Shown one piece after another: positions 6,341 to 17,126 of a DNA stretch of 17,126 nucleotides (positions are counted from its first letter, which is position 1; every line of letters begins with the position of its first letter). Under the pieces are notes generated by a model. That model saw only the letters and a list, made by a program, of their open reading frames with translations, did no database searches and had not been told where the DNA came from. The DNA is taken from positions 1-17,126 of the forward strand of contig JBEBGD010000114.1 of assembly GCA_040081625.1 (NCBI GenBank), written 5' to 3'. This stretch comes from Chthoniobacteraceae bacterium. GTDB lineage: Bacteria > Verrucomicrobiota > Verrucomicrobiia > Chthoniobacterales > Chthoniobacteraceae. Both the position numbers and the translations under genes were made by a program.

Positions 6341-8266
6341 ATGAAAAGAACAATCTCCAAACTTTTCGTGGCCCTCGTGCTCGCAGGCGGAATCGCGCAA
6401 GCCGAACTCATCGTCGCCCTCACCCCTGAACAAACCCTCTACACGTTCACCAGCGACCGTCCGAACAACCTCCTGACCGCCGTCGCGATCAGCGGGTTGC
6501 AAGCGGGCGAGCAAGTGCTCGGCATCGACGTGCGACCCGCCACCGGCGAGCTCTACGGCCTCACCGACGGCAGCCGCCTTTACAAGATCAACCCGACCAC
6601 CGGTGTCGCCAGTGCGCCCGTGACTCTCAGCCAGGCGCTGACCGGAATGCGGTTCGGCATCGACTTCAATCCCGTGCCGGATCGACTGCGCGTCGTCACC
6701 GACACCGACGATAACTTCCGCATCCACCCGGACACTGGCGTCGTCACCGTGGACACGACGCTGGCCTACGCCGCAGGCGACCCCAGCGCGGGCGCGAACC
6801 CGCAAATCGTCGCCGCCGCCTACACCAACAACGACACCGATCCCGGGACGCTGACCACGCTCTTCGTCCTCGAACAGGAACTCTATAACTCCAAGGAGAT
6901 CGTCGCTGGCACGACCGTCGATGCGCTCTCGCTCGTGCGGCAGGGTGGACCCGACGGCACGCCGTCGCCGAATCTCGGCGAGCTCACGACCATCGGCGCC
7001 TTCGGTCGCGATGGCGTGACCGTGCGCGGCTTCGATGTGGGTCCGTCCGGCAAGGCGTTCGTCGCCGTGGAATTGATCAACCTCGCGAATCCGACGGCCA
7101 CTCCGTTTTTCGCGCTCGTCAAAGTCCTGCTCGCCCCGGACGGCGCCACCCCCGCAGGCAAGGACGAATCCTTCGGCCACATCGGCAGCGGGCGGCAGCC
7201 GGTGCGCGACATCGCGGTGTTCTCGAGCGTCCAGTTCGACACGCCGCTCGTCGGACGTCGCGAAGGCACGCCGACGATCACGCTCGACGTCTCGCGCCAC
7301 GGCGGCGCAGCCGCCATCGCCACGGTCGATTACGCGACCTTCAACGGCACCGCCAGCGCCGGACAGGATTACTTCACCGCCCGCGGCACGCTCGTCTTCG
7401 GCGTCGGCGAAGTGCTCAAGACCATCACGATCACGCTGCCCGAGGATACTTTCGCGGAATACGACGAAGACTTTCAGGTCTTTCTATTCAACGCGCAGAA
7501 CGTCGCCATCGGCGGCGCGAACAGCGCGACGGTGCGGATCAGCGCCAACGATTTTCCCGACACCCGCAGCCCCATCATCACGCACTTCGGCCTCACCGGC
7601 CCGTCGCGCGGCATCACCGGCGCGGTCATCGAATTCGACGAAGATCTCGATCCGGTCTCGGCAGTGGAACTCTCCAACTATCAGTTCGTCGGCTTCGACC
7701 GCCGCGGGAAAAAGAGGCCGGTTGTTTTCAACTCAGCCGTCTATGACTCGAACCGGCGCTCGGTCACACTCTCCGCCTCGCCGTTCGTCCAGACCGACCT
7801 CAAGCGGTTCACTTTCGCCGTCCGCGGAAAAGCCGCGCGGGGCACCGAGCCAGTCCTGACGACGGGCGTGCGCGACTTCGCGGGCAATCTCCTCGACGGA
7901 AATGCCAACGGCAAAGGCGGCGACAACGCGGTGCTCAAGTTCGCCGTCCAGAGCAGCTCGAAAATCACCATCCGCGAGCGCGACGGCGACAAGGGCGTGA
8001 TCGAAATCACCGAAGGCGGCTCCATCGATGCCTCGACCCTGCTCGGCCGCAAACGCAGCACGCAATTCTGGATCCTCGATCCCATCGCACTCCGCAGCAC
8101 GCTCAACGGCACCGTCACAAAATCCCGCACAGGCGACGGCATCGTCGTCATCGCCGAGATCATCGGGCTCGACAAAAAGGAATTCGCCCCGCTGCTGACC
8201 AACCCGGCCTTCCGCACGAGCGTTCTCACGGTCAGCACCAACGCGACGGGGATCTCCGGCCGATAA
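6341..8266 (+). CDS. Exported DUF4394 + Calx-beta + Ig-like multidomain protein
   Basis: Signal peptide MKRTISKLFVALVLAGGIAQA from ATG 6341. DUF4394 motifs GIDVRPATGELYGL, FGIDFNPVPDRLRVV and AAAYTNN. Calx-beta motif TVDYATFNGTASAGQDY...LVFGVGEVLKTITITLPED...EDF. Ig-like segment FDEDLDP..SNY...VRDFAGNLLDG. Confidence 0.88.
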   Translation: MKRTISKLFVALVLAGGIAQAELIVALTPEQTLYTFTSDRPNNLLTAVAISGLQAGEQVLGIDVRPATGELYGLTDGSRLYKINPTTGVASAPVTLSQALTGMRFGIDFNPVPDRLRVVTDTDDNFRIHPDTGVVTVDTTLAYAAGDPSAGANPQIVAAAYTNNDTDPGTLTTLFVLEQELYNSKEIVAGTTVDALSLVRQGGPDGTPSPNLGELTTIGAFGRDGVTVRGFDVGPSGKAFVAVELINLANPTATPFFALVKVLLAPDGATPAGKDESFGHIGSGRQPVRDIAVFSSVQFDTPLVGRREGTPTITLDVSRHGGAAAIATVDYATFNGTASAGQDYFTARGTLVFGVGEVLKTITITLPEDTFAEYDEDFQVFLFNAQNVAIGGANSATVRISANDFPDTRSPIITHFGLTGPSRGITGAVIEFDEDLDPVSAVELSNYQFVGFDRRGKKRPVVFNSAVYDSNRRSVTLSASPFVQTDLKRFTFAVRGKAARGTEPVLTTGVRDFAGNLLDGNANGKGGDNAVLKFAVQSSSKITIRERDGDKGVIEITEGGSIDASTLLGRKRSTQFWILDPIALRSTLNGTVTKSRTGDGIVVIAEIIGLDKKEFAPLLTNPAFRTSVLTVSTNATGISGR

Positions 8267-8318
8267 CGGCGCGTCTTGGGCATTGAGCGCCGGGCGTTCC
8301 TCCGCTCATCTGCGCTCG

Positions 8319-9149
8319 ATGCCACTCCCGCCGCTCACACTTTTCCGCACCGCCGACGCCCTCATCGCCCAGCGCGGCGAAGATTATTTTCGCCTCGCCG
8401 GCCTCGATCTCGACGCCGTCTTCACGCAGGAAAACCCCGCCGCATTTCTCGCCGACGCGCTCACCCAAGCCGCGCCGACGCTGCCCGCGCCGTGGCTCGC
8501 GCCCATCGGCAGCCAGGAAGTGTGGGCTGCGGGCGTCACCTACCTGCGCAGCCGCGACGCGCGCATGGAGGAGAGCAAGGACGCGGGCGGCGGCACGTTT
8601 TACGACCGCGTGTATGACGCCGACCGCCCCGAGATTTTCTTCAAGGCGACGCCGCATCGCGTCGTCGGCACCGGCGGCGCCGTGCGCATCCGCGCCGACT
8701 CGAAATGGAATGTGCCCGAGCCGGAACTGGCGCTCGCGATCAACTCCCGCGGCGCGATCTTCGGCTACACGATCGGCAACGACATGAGCAGCCGCGACAT
8801 CGAAGGCGAGAACCCGCTCTACCTTCCGCAGGCGAAAGTCTATCGTGGCTGCTGCGGCCTCGGGCCGGGCCTCGTCGTGCGCGAACCGCTGCCTCGCGAA
8901 ACCGCGATCCGCATCGAGATCATCCGCGGCGGCGCGAGCGTCTTCATCGGCGAGACCGCGCTCTCGCAGATGAAGCGCACGCTGCCCGAGCTCGCCGGGT
9001 GGCTTTGTCGCGAGGATGAATTCCCCGCTGGCGCGTATCTGCTCACCGGCACCGGCACCGTGCCGCCAAAAGACTTCACCCTTGCGCACGGCGATGAAAT
9101 TCGGATCAGCATCGACGGACTCGGTTCGCTGGTGAATACGGTCGCGTAG
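8319..9149 (+). CDS. kdaD: Fumarylacetoacetate hydrolase family protein, probable 2-keto-3-deoxy-pentonate (arabinonate/xylonate) dehydratase
   Basis: EVWAAGVTYLRSR, YDRVYDADRPEIFFKA, PEPELAL, GYTIGNDMSSRDIEGENPLYLPQAKVY and TGTG match the KdaD/XacE subfamily. It is adjacent to a KGSA dehydrogenase. Confidence 0.88.
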   Translation: MPLPPLTLFRTADALIAQRGEDYFRLAGLDLDAVFTQENPAAFLADALTQAAPTLPAPWLAPIGSQEVWAAGVTYLRSRDARMEESKDAGGGTFYDRVYDADRPEIFFKATPHRVVGTGGAVRIRADSKWNVPEPELALAINSRGAIFGYTIGNDMSSRDIEGENPLYLPQAKVYRGCCGLGPGLVVREPLPRETAIRIEIIRGGASVFIGETALSQMKRTLPELAGWLCREDEFPAGAYLLTGTGTVPPKDFTLAHGDEIRISIDGLGSLVNTVA

Positions 9150-9153
9150 ATCC

Positions 9154-9221
9154 TCTTAATCTTAATCTTATTCCTAATCTTAATCGCCGTTCCGACGGGG
9201 AGAGTAAGATTAGGATTAAGA
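9154..9221. repeat. AT-rich hexamer-repeat palindrome (TCTTAA units, core hairpin, TTAAGA-like units)
   Basis: Five TCTTAA-like units at 9154-9183. Bases 9166-9185 pair 18/20 with 9202-9221 around an inner CCGT-TCCG-ACGG hairpin. Confidence 0.85.
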
Positions 9222-9243
9222 AAAAACCGCCGCCTTTCCAAAC

Positions 9244-10836
9244 ATGACACTCCACGGACGCTCCCTCATCGCCGGCCAGCTCACCACGAGCAGCGCCCGC
9301 ACCTTCCACCCCGTCTCCCCGCTCGACTCGCGCCCCATCGAGCCGGCCTTCCACGAATGCACGCTCGACGACGTGGACCGCGCGCTCTGGCAGGCGGAGG
9401 AAGCCTTCGCCATCTATCGCAAGACCAGCGCCGAGACGCGCGCCGCTTTCCTCGAAAAGATCGCCGACCACATCCTCGCGCTCGGCGACGACCTGCTCCA
9501 GCGTTGCCATCACGAGACCGGCCTCCCGCTCGACCGACTCACCGGCGAGCGCGGGCGCACGTGCGGGCAGTTGAAAATGTTCGCCGCGCTCGTGCGCGAC
9601 GGCTCATGGGCTGACGCGCGCATCGACACCGCGCAGCCCGATCGCACGCCCGTGCCCAAGCCCGATCTGCGCCGCATCCTCGCGCCGCTTGGCCCCGTCA
9701 TCGTCTTCGGTTCGTCGAACTTCCCCCTCGCCTTCTCCGTCGCCGGTGGCGACACCGCGAGCGCGCTCGCCGCCGGCTGCCCCGTCATCGTGAAGGCGCA
9801 CCGCGCGCATCCCGGCACGAGCGAGATGATCGCCGGCGCGATCGTCGATGCGCTCGAGGCCTGCGGCCTCCCGCACGGCGTCTTCTCCATGCTCCACGGC
9901 GCCGGCGCGGAAGTCGGCATCGCGCTCGTCAAGCATCCGTTCGCACGCGCCGCCGGCTTCACCGGTTCACGCTTCGCGGGCCGCGCGCTCTTCGACGCCG
10001 CCGCCGCGCGCCCCGAGCCCATCCCCGTCTTCGCCGAGATGAGCAGCCTCAATCCGCTCGTCATCCTCCCCGGCGCGCTCAGCGAACGCAGCGCTCAAAT
10101 CGCGCAGGGACTTCGCACGTCAGTCACGATGGGCGTCGGCCAGTTCTGCACAAAACCGGGCCTCGTCTTCGGCATCGGGTCGCCCGAGTTCGAAAAGTTC
10201 GGCGAGGAATTCGCCGACCTCATGCGCGCCGCCGCGCCCGGCACCATGCTGCATCCCGGCATCTGCCGCTCGTTTCACGACAGCGTCGATGCCATGGAAA
10301 AAGTGCCCGGCGTCGTGCGCGTCGCCGAGTCCGACACCGAGCCCGATGCCGCGAAGACGCAAGGAGAGCCGACCGTCTTCGCAACCGACGCCGACGACTT
10401 CCTCGCCCAGCGCGCGATGCACGAGGAAATCTTCGGCCCGTTCACGCTGCTCGTCAGCGCGGGCAGTTTCACGGAGCTGGAGGAGGCTCTCAAGAGCCTC
10501 GACGGTCAGCTCACCGCCACGCTCCACGCCACGCCCGCCGACCTCGCCGAGGCGTCCGACCTTCTCCACATCCTCGAGCGCAAGGCCGGCCGCGTCCTCA
10601 TCAACGGCTTCCCCACCGGCGTCGAAGTCTGCCCCTCGATGCACCACGGCGGCCCCTACCCCGCCACGACCGACGCGCGCTTCACGAGCGTCGGCACCGC
10701 GGCCATCCAGCGCTGGGTGCGCCCGATCTGCTACCAGAACTTCCCCGCCGACCTCCTGCCCATCGAGCTGCGCGACGAAAACCCGCGCGGCATCCTGCGC
10801 ATCGTCAACGGCCGGCAGACGGCCGACCGGGTCTGA
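9244..10836 (+). CDS. aldH: NADP-dependent aldehyde dehydrogenase, alpha-ketoglutaric semialdehyde (2,5-dioxovalerate) dehydrogenase type
   Basis: VFGSSNFPLAFSVAGGDTASALAAGCPVIVKAH, GFTGS, AEMSSLNP, GQFCTKPG (catalytic Cys), EEIFGP, NGFPTGVEV, HGGPYPAT and RPICYQ are characteristic of the KGSADH clade. Confidence 0.93.
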   Translation: MTLHGRSLIAGQLTTSSARTFHPVSPLDSRPIEPAFHECTLDDVDRALWQAEEAFAIYRKTSAETRAAFLEKIADHILALGDDLLQRCHHETGLPLDRLTGERGRTCGQLKMFAALVRDGSWADARIDTAQPDRTPVPKPDLRRILAPLGPVIVFGSSNFPLAFSVAGGDTASALAAGCPVIVKAHRAHPGTSEMIAGAIVDALEACGLPHGVFSMLHGAGAEVGIALVKHPFARAAGFTGSRFAGRALFDAAAARPEPIPVFAEMSSLNPLVILPGALSERSAQIAQGLRTSVTMGVGQFCTKPGLVFGIGSPEFEKFGEEFADLMRAAAPGTMLHPGICRSFHDSVDAMEKVPGVVRVAESDTEPDAAKTQGEPTVFATDADDFLAQRAMHEEIFGPFTLLVSAGSFTELEEALKSLDGQLTATLHATPADLAEASDLLHILERKAGRVLINGFPTGVEVCPSMHHGGPYPATTDARFTSVGTAAIQRWVRPICYQNFPADLLPIELRDENPRGILRIVNGRQTADRV

Positions 10837-10894
10837 CCCGGTTCCCGGGAATCGATCCGCGCGACGCGGAGAGCAGGATTCGACAAGTCTTCCG

Positions 10895-10923
10895 GTGACT
10901 CTCCGCGCCTGCGGAGCTAAGAT
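10895..10923 (+). promoter_or_regulatory. Putative sigma70 promoter of the DUF1553-DUF1501 operon
   Basis: GTGACT-17 bp-TAAGAT, 35 nt upstream of ATG 10959. The spacer contains the inverted repeat CTCCGC/GCGGAG. Confidence 0.45.
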
Positions 10924-10958
10924 TCGAGCCGGTCCTCCACTCCTATCCGGCAGCCTTC

Positions 10959-14051
<3,093 letters not shown>

Positions 14052-14054
14052 CCC

Positions 14055-15512
14055 ATGGACCCGATCTTCGAACATCAACTCCTGCAAACGCGCCGGCAGT
14101 TCTTCGGCTCAACTGGCCTGCGCGTCGGCGGTGTAGCGCTCGCATCCATGCTCGGCGAACGCGCGCTCGCGGCGCCGGCACGCGTGCATCCGGCGCTGCC
14201 GGGCCTTCCCCATTTTGCGCCGAAGGCGAAGTCGCTCATTTATCTCCACATGAATGGCGGGCCATCGCAGCTCGACTTGTGGGATTACAAGCCAGGGTTG
14301 CGCGAGCAGTTCGACAAGGACTTGCCGGACTCCGTGCGCCAGGGCCAGCGCATCACCGGCATGACCTCGGGCCAGACGCGCTTTCCCGTCGCGCCGTCGA
14401 TGTTCGAGTTCAAGCAACACGGCCAGTGCGGGCGCTGGGTCAGCGAACTACTCCCGCACACGGCGGGCATCGTGGACGACATCGCGCTCATCAAGACCGT
14501 CCACACCAACGCGATCAATCACGATCCCGCCTGCACGTTCGTGATGACCGGCAGCGAAGTGCCCGGCAAAGCCAGCCTCGGCTCGTGGCTCGCCTACGGT
14601 CTCGGCAGCGAGTCGAACAATCTGCCCGCCTTCGTCGTGCTCACGCCCACCTGGTCGGCGAAAGGAAACGCACAGGCACTCTTCACTCGCATGTGGTCGA
14701 GCGGTTTTCTGCCGACCAAGTTCGACGGCGTCGCGCTGCGCAGCGTCGGTGATCCGGTGCTCTACGTGCAGAATCCCGACGGCGTCAGCGCGGGCGATCG
14801 ACGCACGATGCTCGACGCGCTCGGCAAGCTCAACCAGCGCGGCTTCGCGAAGTTCGGCGACCCGGAGATCCAGACCCGCATCTCGCAATACGAGATGGCC
14901 TTCCGGATGCAATCGAGCGTGCCCGACCTCACCGACATCTCGAACGAGCCGAAGCAAATCCTCGACCTCTACGGCCCCGACGTGAGCAAGCCCGGCACCT
15001 TCGCCGCCAGCGCGCTGCTCGCGCGCCGCATGGTCGAGCGCGGCGTGCGCGCGGTGCAGATCCTCCACCGCGGCTGGGATCAGCACGGCAACCTGCCGAG
15101 CGAACTGCGCAGCCAGAGCGGCGACATCGATCAGCCCATCACCGCTCTCGTGCGCGATCTCAAGCAGCGCGGACTGCTCGATGAAACGCTCGTCGTCTGG
15201 GGCGGCGAGTTTGGACGCACCGTCTATTCGCAGGGCAAACTCACGAATGAAAACTACGGCCGCGATCATCACCCGCGGAACTTCTGCATGTGGATGGCCG
15301 GCGGCGGCATCAAGCCCGGCGTGATCCACGGCGAGACCGACGACTACAGCTACAGCCCCGTGAAGGATCCGGTTCACCTGAACGACCTCAACGCGACGAT
15401 CCTGCACTGCATGGGCATCGATCACCGGCGCTTCTCGTTCAAGTTCCAGGGCCTCGACCAGCGGCTCACCGGCGTCGAAGACCAGAATCCCGTGCGGCAG
15501 ATCCTCGCGTGA
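14055..15512 (+). CDS. DUF1501 domain protein (sulfatase-like, Tat-exported)
   Basis: Twin-arginine motif [94 protein letters not shown]. It starts 3 nt after the DUF1553 gene, the usual pairing. Confidence 0.95.
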   Translation: MDPIFEHQLLQTRRQFFGSTGLRVGGVALASMLGERALAAPARVHPALPGLPHFAPKAKSLIYLHMNGGPSQLDLWDYKPGLREQFDKDLPDSVRQGQRITGMTSGQTRFPVAPSMFEFKQHGQCGRWVSELLPHTAGIVDDIALIKTVHTNAINHDPACTFVMTGSEVPGKASLGSWLAYGLGSESNNLPAFVVLTPTWSAKGNAQALFTRMWSSGFLPTKFDGVALRSVGDPVLYVQNPDGVSAGDRRTMLDALGKLNQRGFAKFGDPEIQTRISQYEMAFRMQSSVPDLTDISNEPKQILDLYGPDVSKPGTFAASALLARRMVERGVRAVQILHRGWDQHGNLPSELRSQSGDIDQPITALVRDLKQRGLLDETLVVWGGEFGRTVYSQGKLTNENYGRDHHPRNFCMWMAGGGIKPGVIHGETDDYSYSPVKDPVHLNDLNATILHCMGIDHRRFSFKFQGLDQRLTGVEDQNPVRQILA

Positions 15513-16369
15513 TCCGGCGCACATTCCTCGTTCTCGCGCTGCTCGCAGCGCGAGTGGTTGCTGCCGAGTTTGGCGATCAGAAATACATCGAGTATCTCCC
15601 GGGCGATCTGCCGCTCGTGATCTCCGCGCCACACGGCGGCCGCGAGGAACCGGCGGGTATTCCTTCGCGCGAGAAAGGCGTCCTGCAGCCGGACACCAAC
15701 ACGCAGGAACTCGCCCGCGAGATCGCAGACGAAATCGTCGCACGCACCGGACACCGCGCGCACTTCATCATCTCCCGTCTGCACCGCAAGAAGCTCGACC
15801 CGAATCGCGAGATCGCCGAGGCCGCCGCCGGCAGTCCGATCGCGGAGAAGGCGTGGAGCGAATACCACGCGTTCATCGAAAAGGCGCTCACCGCCGCCAT
15901 CGCGAAATCCGGCAAGGTTTTCTTCATCGACCTGCACGGGCAGAATCACCGGGACCGCCGCATCGAGCTCGGCTACCTGCACTCGCAGGAGACGCTCGCG
16001 GAGACCGACGCCGCCCTGGACAGCGTCGCCGCCGAAGGCAGCCTCCGCCGCATCGCGGAAGTCGCGAAGGTCCCCTACTCCGCGCTGGTTCGCGGTCCAC
16101 GCAGTCTCGGCGCGTTGCTCGAGGCGCGCGGTTTTCCCTGCACGCCGAGTCCTGAGCGTCCTACTCCGTTCATCCCGTATTTTCAGGGCGGCTACACCGT
16201 CCGCCGCCACGTCGATGCAGCGAAGCCGATCGCGGGCCTGCAAATCGAGGCGAACCTCATCGGCGTCCGCGACACCGCCGCGAACCGCACGAAATTCACG
16301 ACCGCGCTCGTCGCCGCGCTGCGCGAATATCTAGCCGAACACTTCGACCTGAGGCTGCCTACCCGGTGA
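15509..16369 (+). CDS. Exported N-formylglutamate amidohydrolase-like protein (Zn-dependent hydrolase fold)
   Basis: A GTG start overlaps the DUF1501 stop (GTGA). Signal-like N-terminus, then [35 protein letters not shown] and LQIE. Confidence 0.8.
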   Translation: MIRRTFLVLALLAARVVAAEFGDQKYIEYLPGDLPLVISAPHGGREEPAGIPSREKGVLQPDTNTQELAREIADEIVARTGHRAHFIISRLHRKKLDPNREIAEAAAGSPIAEKAWSEYHAFIEKALTAAIAKSGKVFFIDLHGQNHRDRRIELGYLHSQETLAETDAALDSVAAEGSLRRIAEVAKVPYSALVRGPRSLGALLEARGFPCTPSPERPTPFIPYFQGGYTVRRHVDAAKPIAGLQIEANLIGVRDTAANRTKFTTALVAALREYLAEHFDLRLPTR

Positions 16370-16399
16370 GGCGGCGCGACAAGCGTGAGCGCGGAGAGC

Positions 16400-16450
16400 A
16401 CGCGGCCTGATGGCCGCGTAGCGACCGCGGTTTCACACCGCGGGGCTTTT
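16400..16450 (+). terminator. Tandem hairpins between convergent genes; possible terminator or REP-like element
   Basis: ACGCGGCC-TGAT-GGCCGCGT (16400-16419) and CCGCGGT-TTCAC-ACCGCGG (16425-16443), followed by GGCTTTT. Confidence 0.45.
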
Positions 16451-16534
16451 GCCGCCAATGCTCGTATCCGGCGGCCGGCAAGGAGCCCTTCGCCAAGAAG
16501 ATCGCCGCCAGGGCTCTCCACCAAAGGCGCGACG

Positions 16535-17126
16535 CTAGATTGCGGCGGCGACCGCGGTGGGGGCGAGGATGGCGTCGGTCATCCCGTGGAGGATTTTCTT
16601 GTCGGCGGGGACGACGGTGGCGAGGGCGCCGCGGAGTTCGGCGCGGCCTTCGAGGATGAAGTAGTAGGGGCAGAGGCGGACGCGGCCGGCGAGGGTGCGG
16701 CGTTCGCCGGTGGCGGGATCGAAGTAGGGCTGCTCGATCTGCCGGGCTTTGTGGAAGCGCTGGAGGATCCACGGGTGGTGCGGAAAGTCGGCGAGGGCGC
16801 GCTCGATGGCGGCGCTCCACTCGAGGCCGGAGACGTCGCTGCCGATGGTGACGCTGCGGGCGCCCCAGCCCAGTTCGGAGAAGCCGCTGATCTTGATGAC
16901 GAGTTCGCGCTGCTTTTGGGAGAAGCGGGCGAGTTCGCTCCAGTCGTGGATTTCCAGGCCGGGAAGGACGGCGTGGTGCGGGAGCGGCGCGGGGTCGAGG
17001 ATCCAGGTGAAGGGGATGACTTTCTGGAGTTCGAGCCAGTGGCGTTCGGAGAGTTCGCGCCGCCAGAAGTCGCGCAGGGGGCGGGACCAGAAGAGGGCGA
17101 ACCAGAGCTTTTCCTCGAGGAAGGGC
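16535..17126 (-). CDS. Partial (5'-truncated) conserved hypothetical protein, ATP-grasp-like C-terminus
   Basis: Open frame from the window end to TAG at 16535-16537: PFLEEKLWFALFW...IPFTWILDP...ELVIKISGFSELGWGARSVTIG...PWILQRF...RVRLCPYYF...DKKILHGMTDA. Codon bias is strong. It is absent from the ORF track because its start lies outside the window. Confidence 0.85.
   Translation of the reverse strand, partial: PFLEEKLWFALFWSRPLRDFWRRELSERHWLELQKVIPFTWILDPAPLPHHAVLPGLEIHDWSELARFSQKQRELVIKISGFSELGWGARSVTIGSDVSGLEWSAAIERALADFPHHPWILQRFHKARQIEQPYFDPATGERRTLAGRVRLCPYYFILEGRAELRGALATVVPADKKILHGMTDAILAPTAVAAAI

Noticed and set aside
5630..7300. Long N-terminal extensions of ORFs 5630..8266 (+) and 5426..7300 (-), suggesting overlapping genes
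   Set aside because: Signal peptides begin at 6341 (+) and 6208 (-). Each extension is just the antisense of the other gene.
9154..9221. CRISPR array or intrinsic terminator
   Set aside because: There are no repeat-spacer units or cas genes, and no U-tract follows the stem on either strand.
16530..16539. CGACGCTAGA matching 67-76 in inverted orientation, as if ends of one large element
   Set aside because: The match is only 10 bp, overlaps a stop codon, and encloses ordinary chromosomal genes with no recombinase, so it is likely chance.

Overview
A 17.1 kb, high-GC, gene-dense bacterial window. The gene content (two 'planctomycete cytochrome c' multidomain proteins, DUF1501, tandem DUF1080, DUF4394/Calx-beta) points to the PVC superphylum, probably Verrucomicrobiota (inference). 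Gene order: possible IS remnant (1-79) interrupting an alpha/beta hydrolase that is coupled to a PlsC-type acyltransferase (minus strand); DUF1592-type diheme protein with two CBM60-like modules; single-domain response regulator; two exported DUF1080 paralogs (minus); exported DUF4394-Calx-beta protein; KdaD-like dehydratase plus alpha-ketoglutaric semialdehyde dehydrogenase (lower Weimberg-type pathway), separated by an AT-rich hexamer-repeat hairpin; DUF1549/DUF1553 diheme protein, Tat-exported DUF1501 and an exported N-formylglutamate-amidohydrolase-like protein in one operon; and a partial ATP-grasp-like gene at the right edge that the ORF track misses. No rRNA, tRNA or CRISPR array was seen. 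The best hypotheses are (i) a periplasmic oxidative sugar/glycan catabolism module built on PVC cytochromes and (ii) an acyltransferase/deacylase lipid-remodelling pair. All family names come from recalled motifs, not from database searches.
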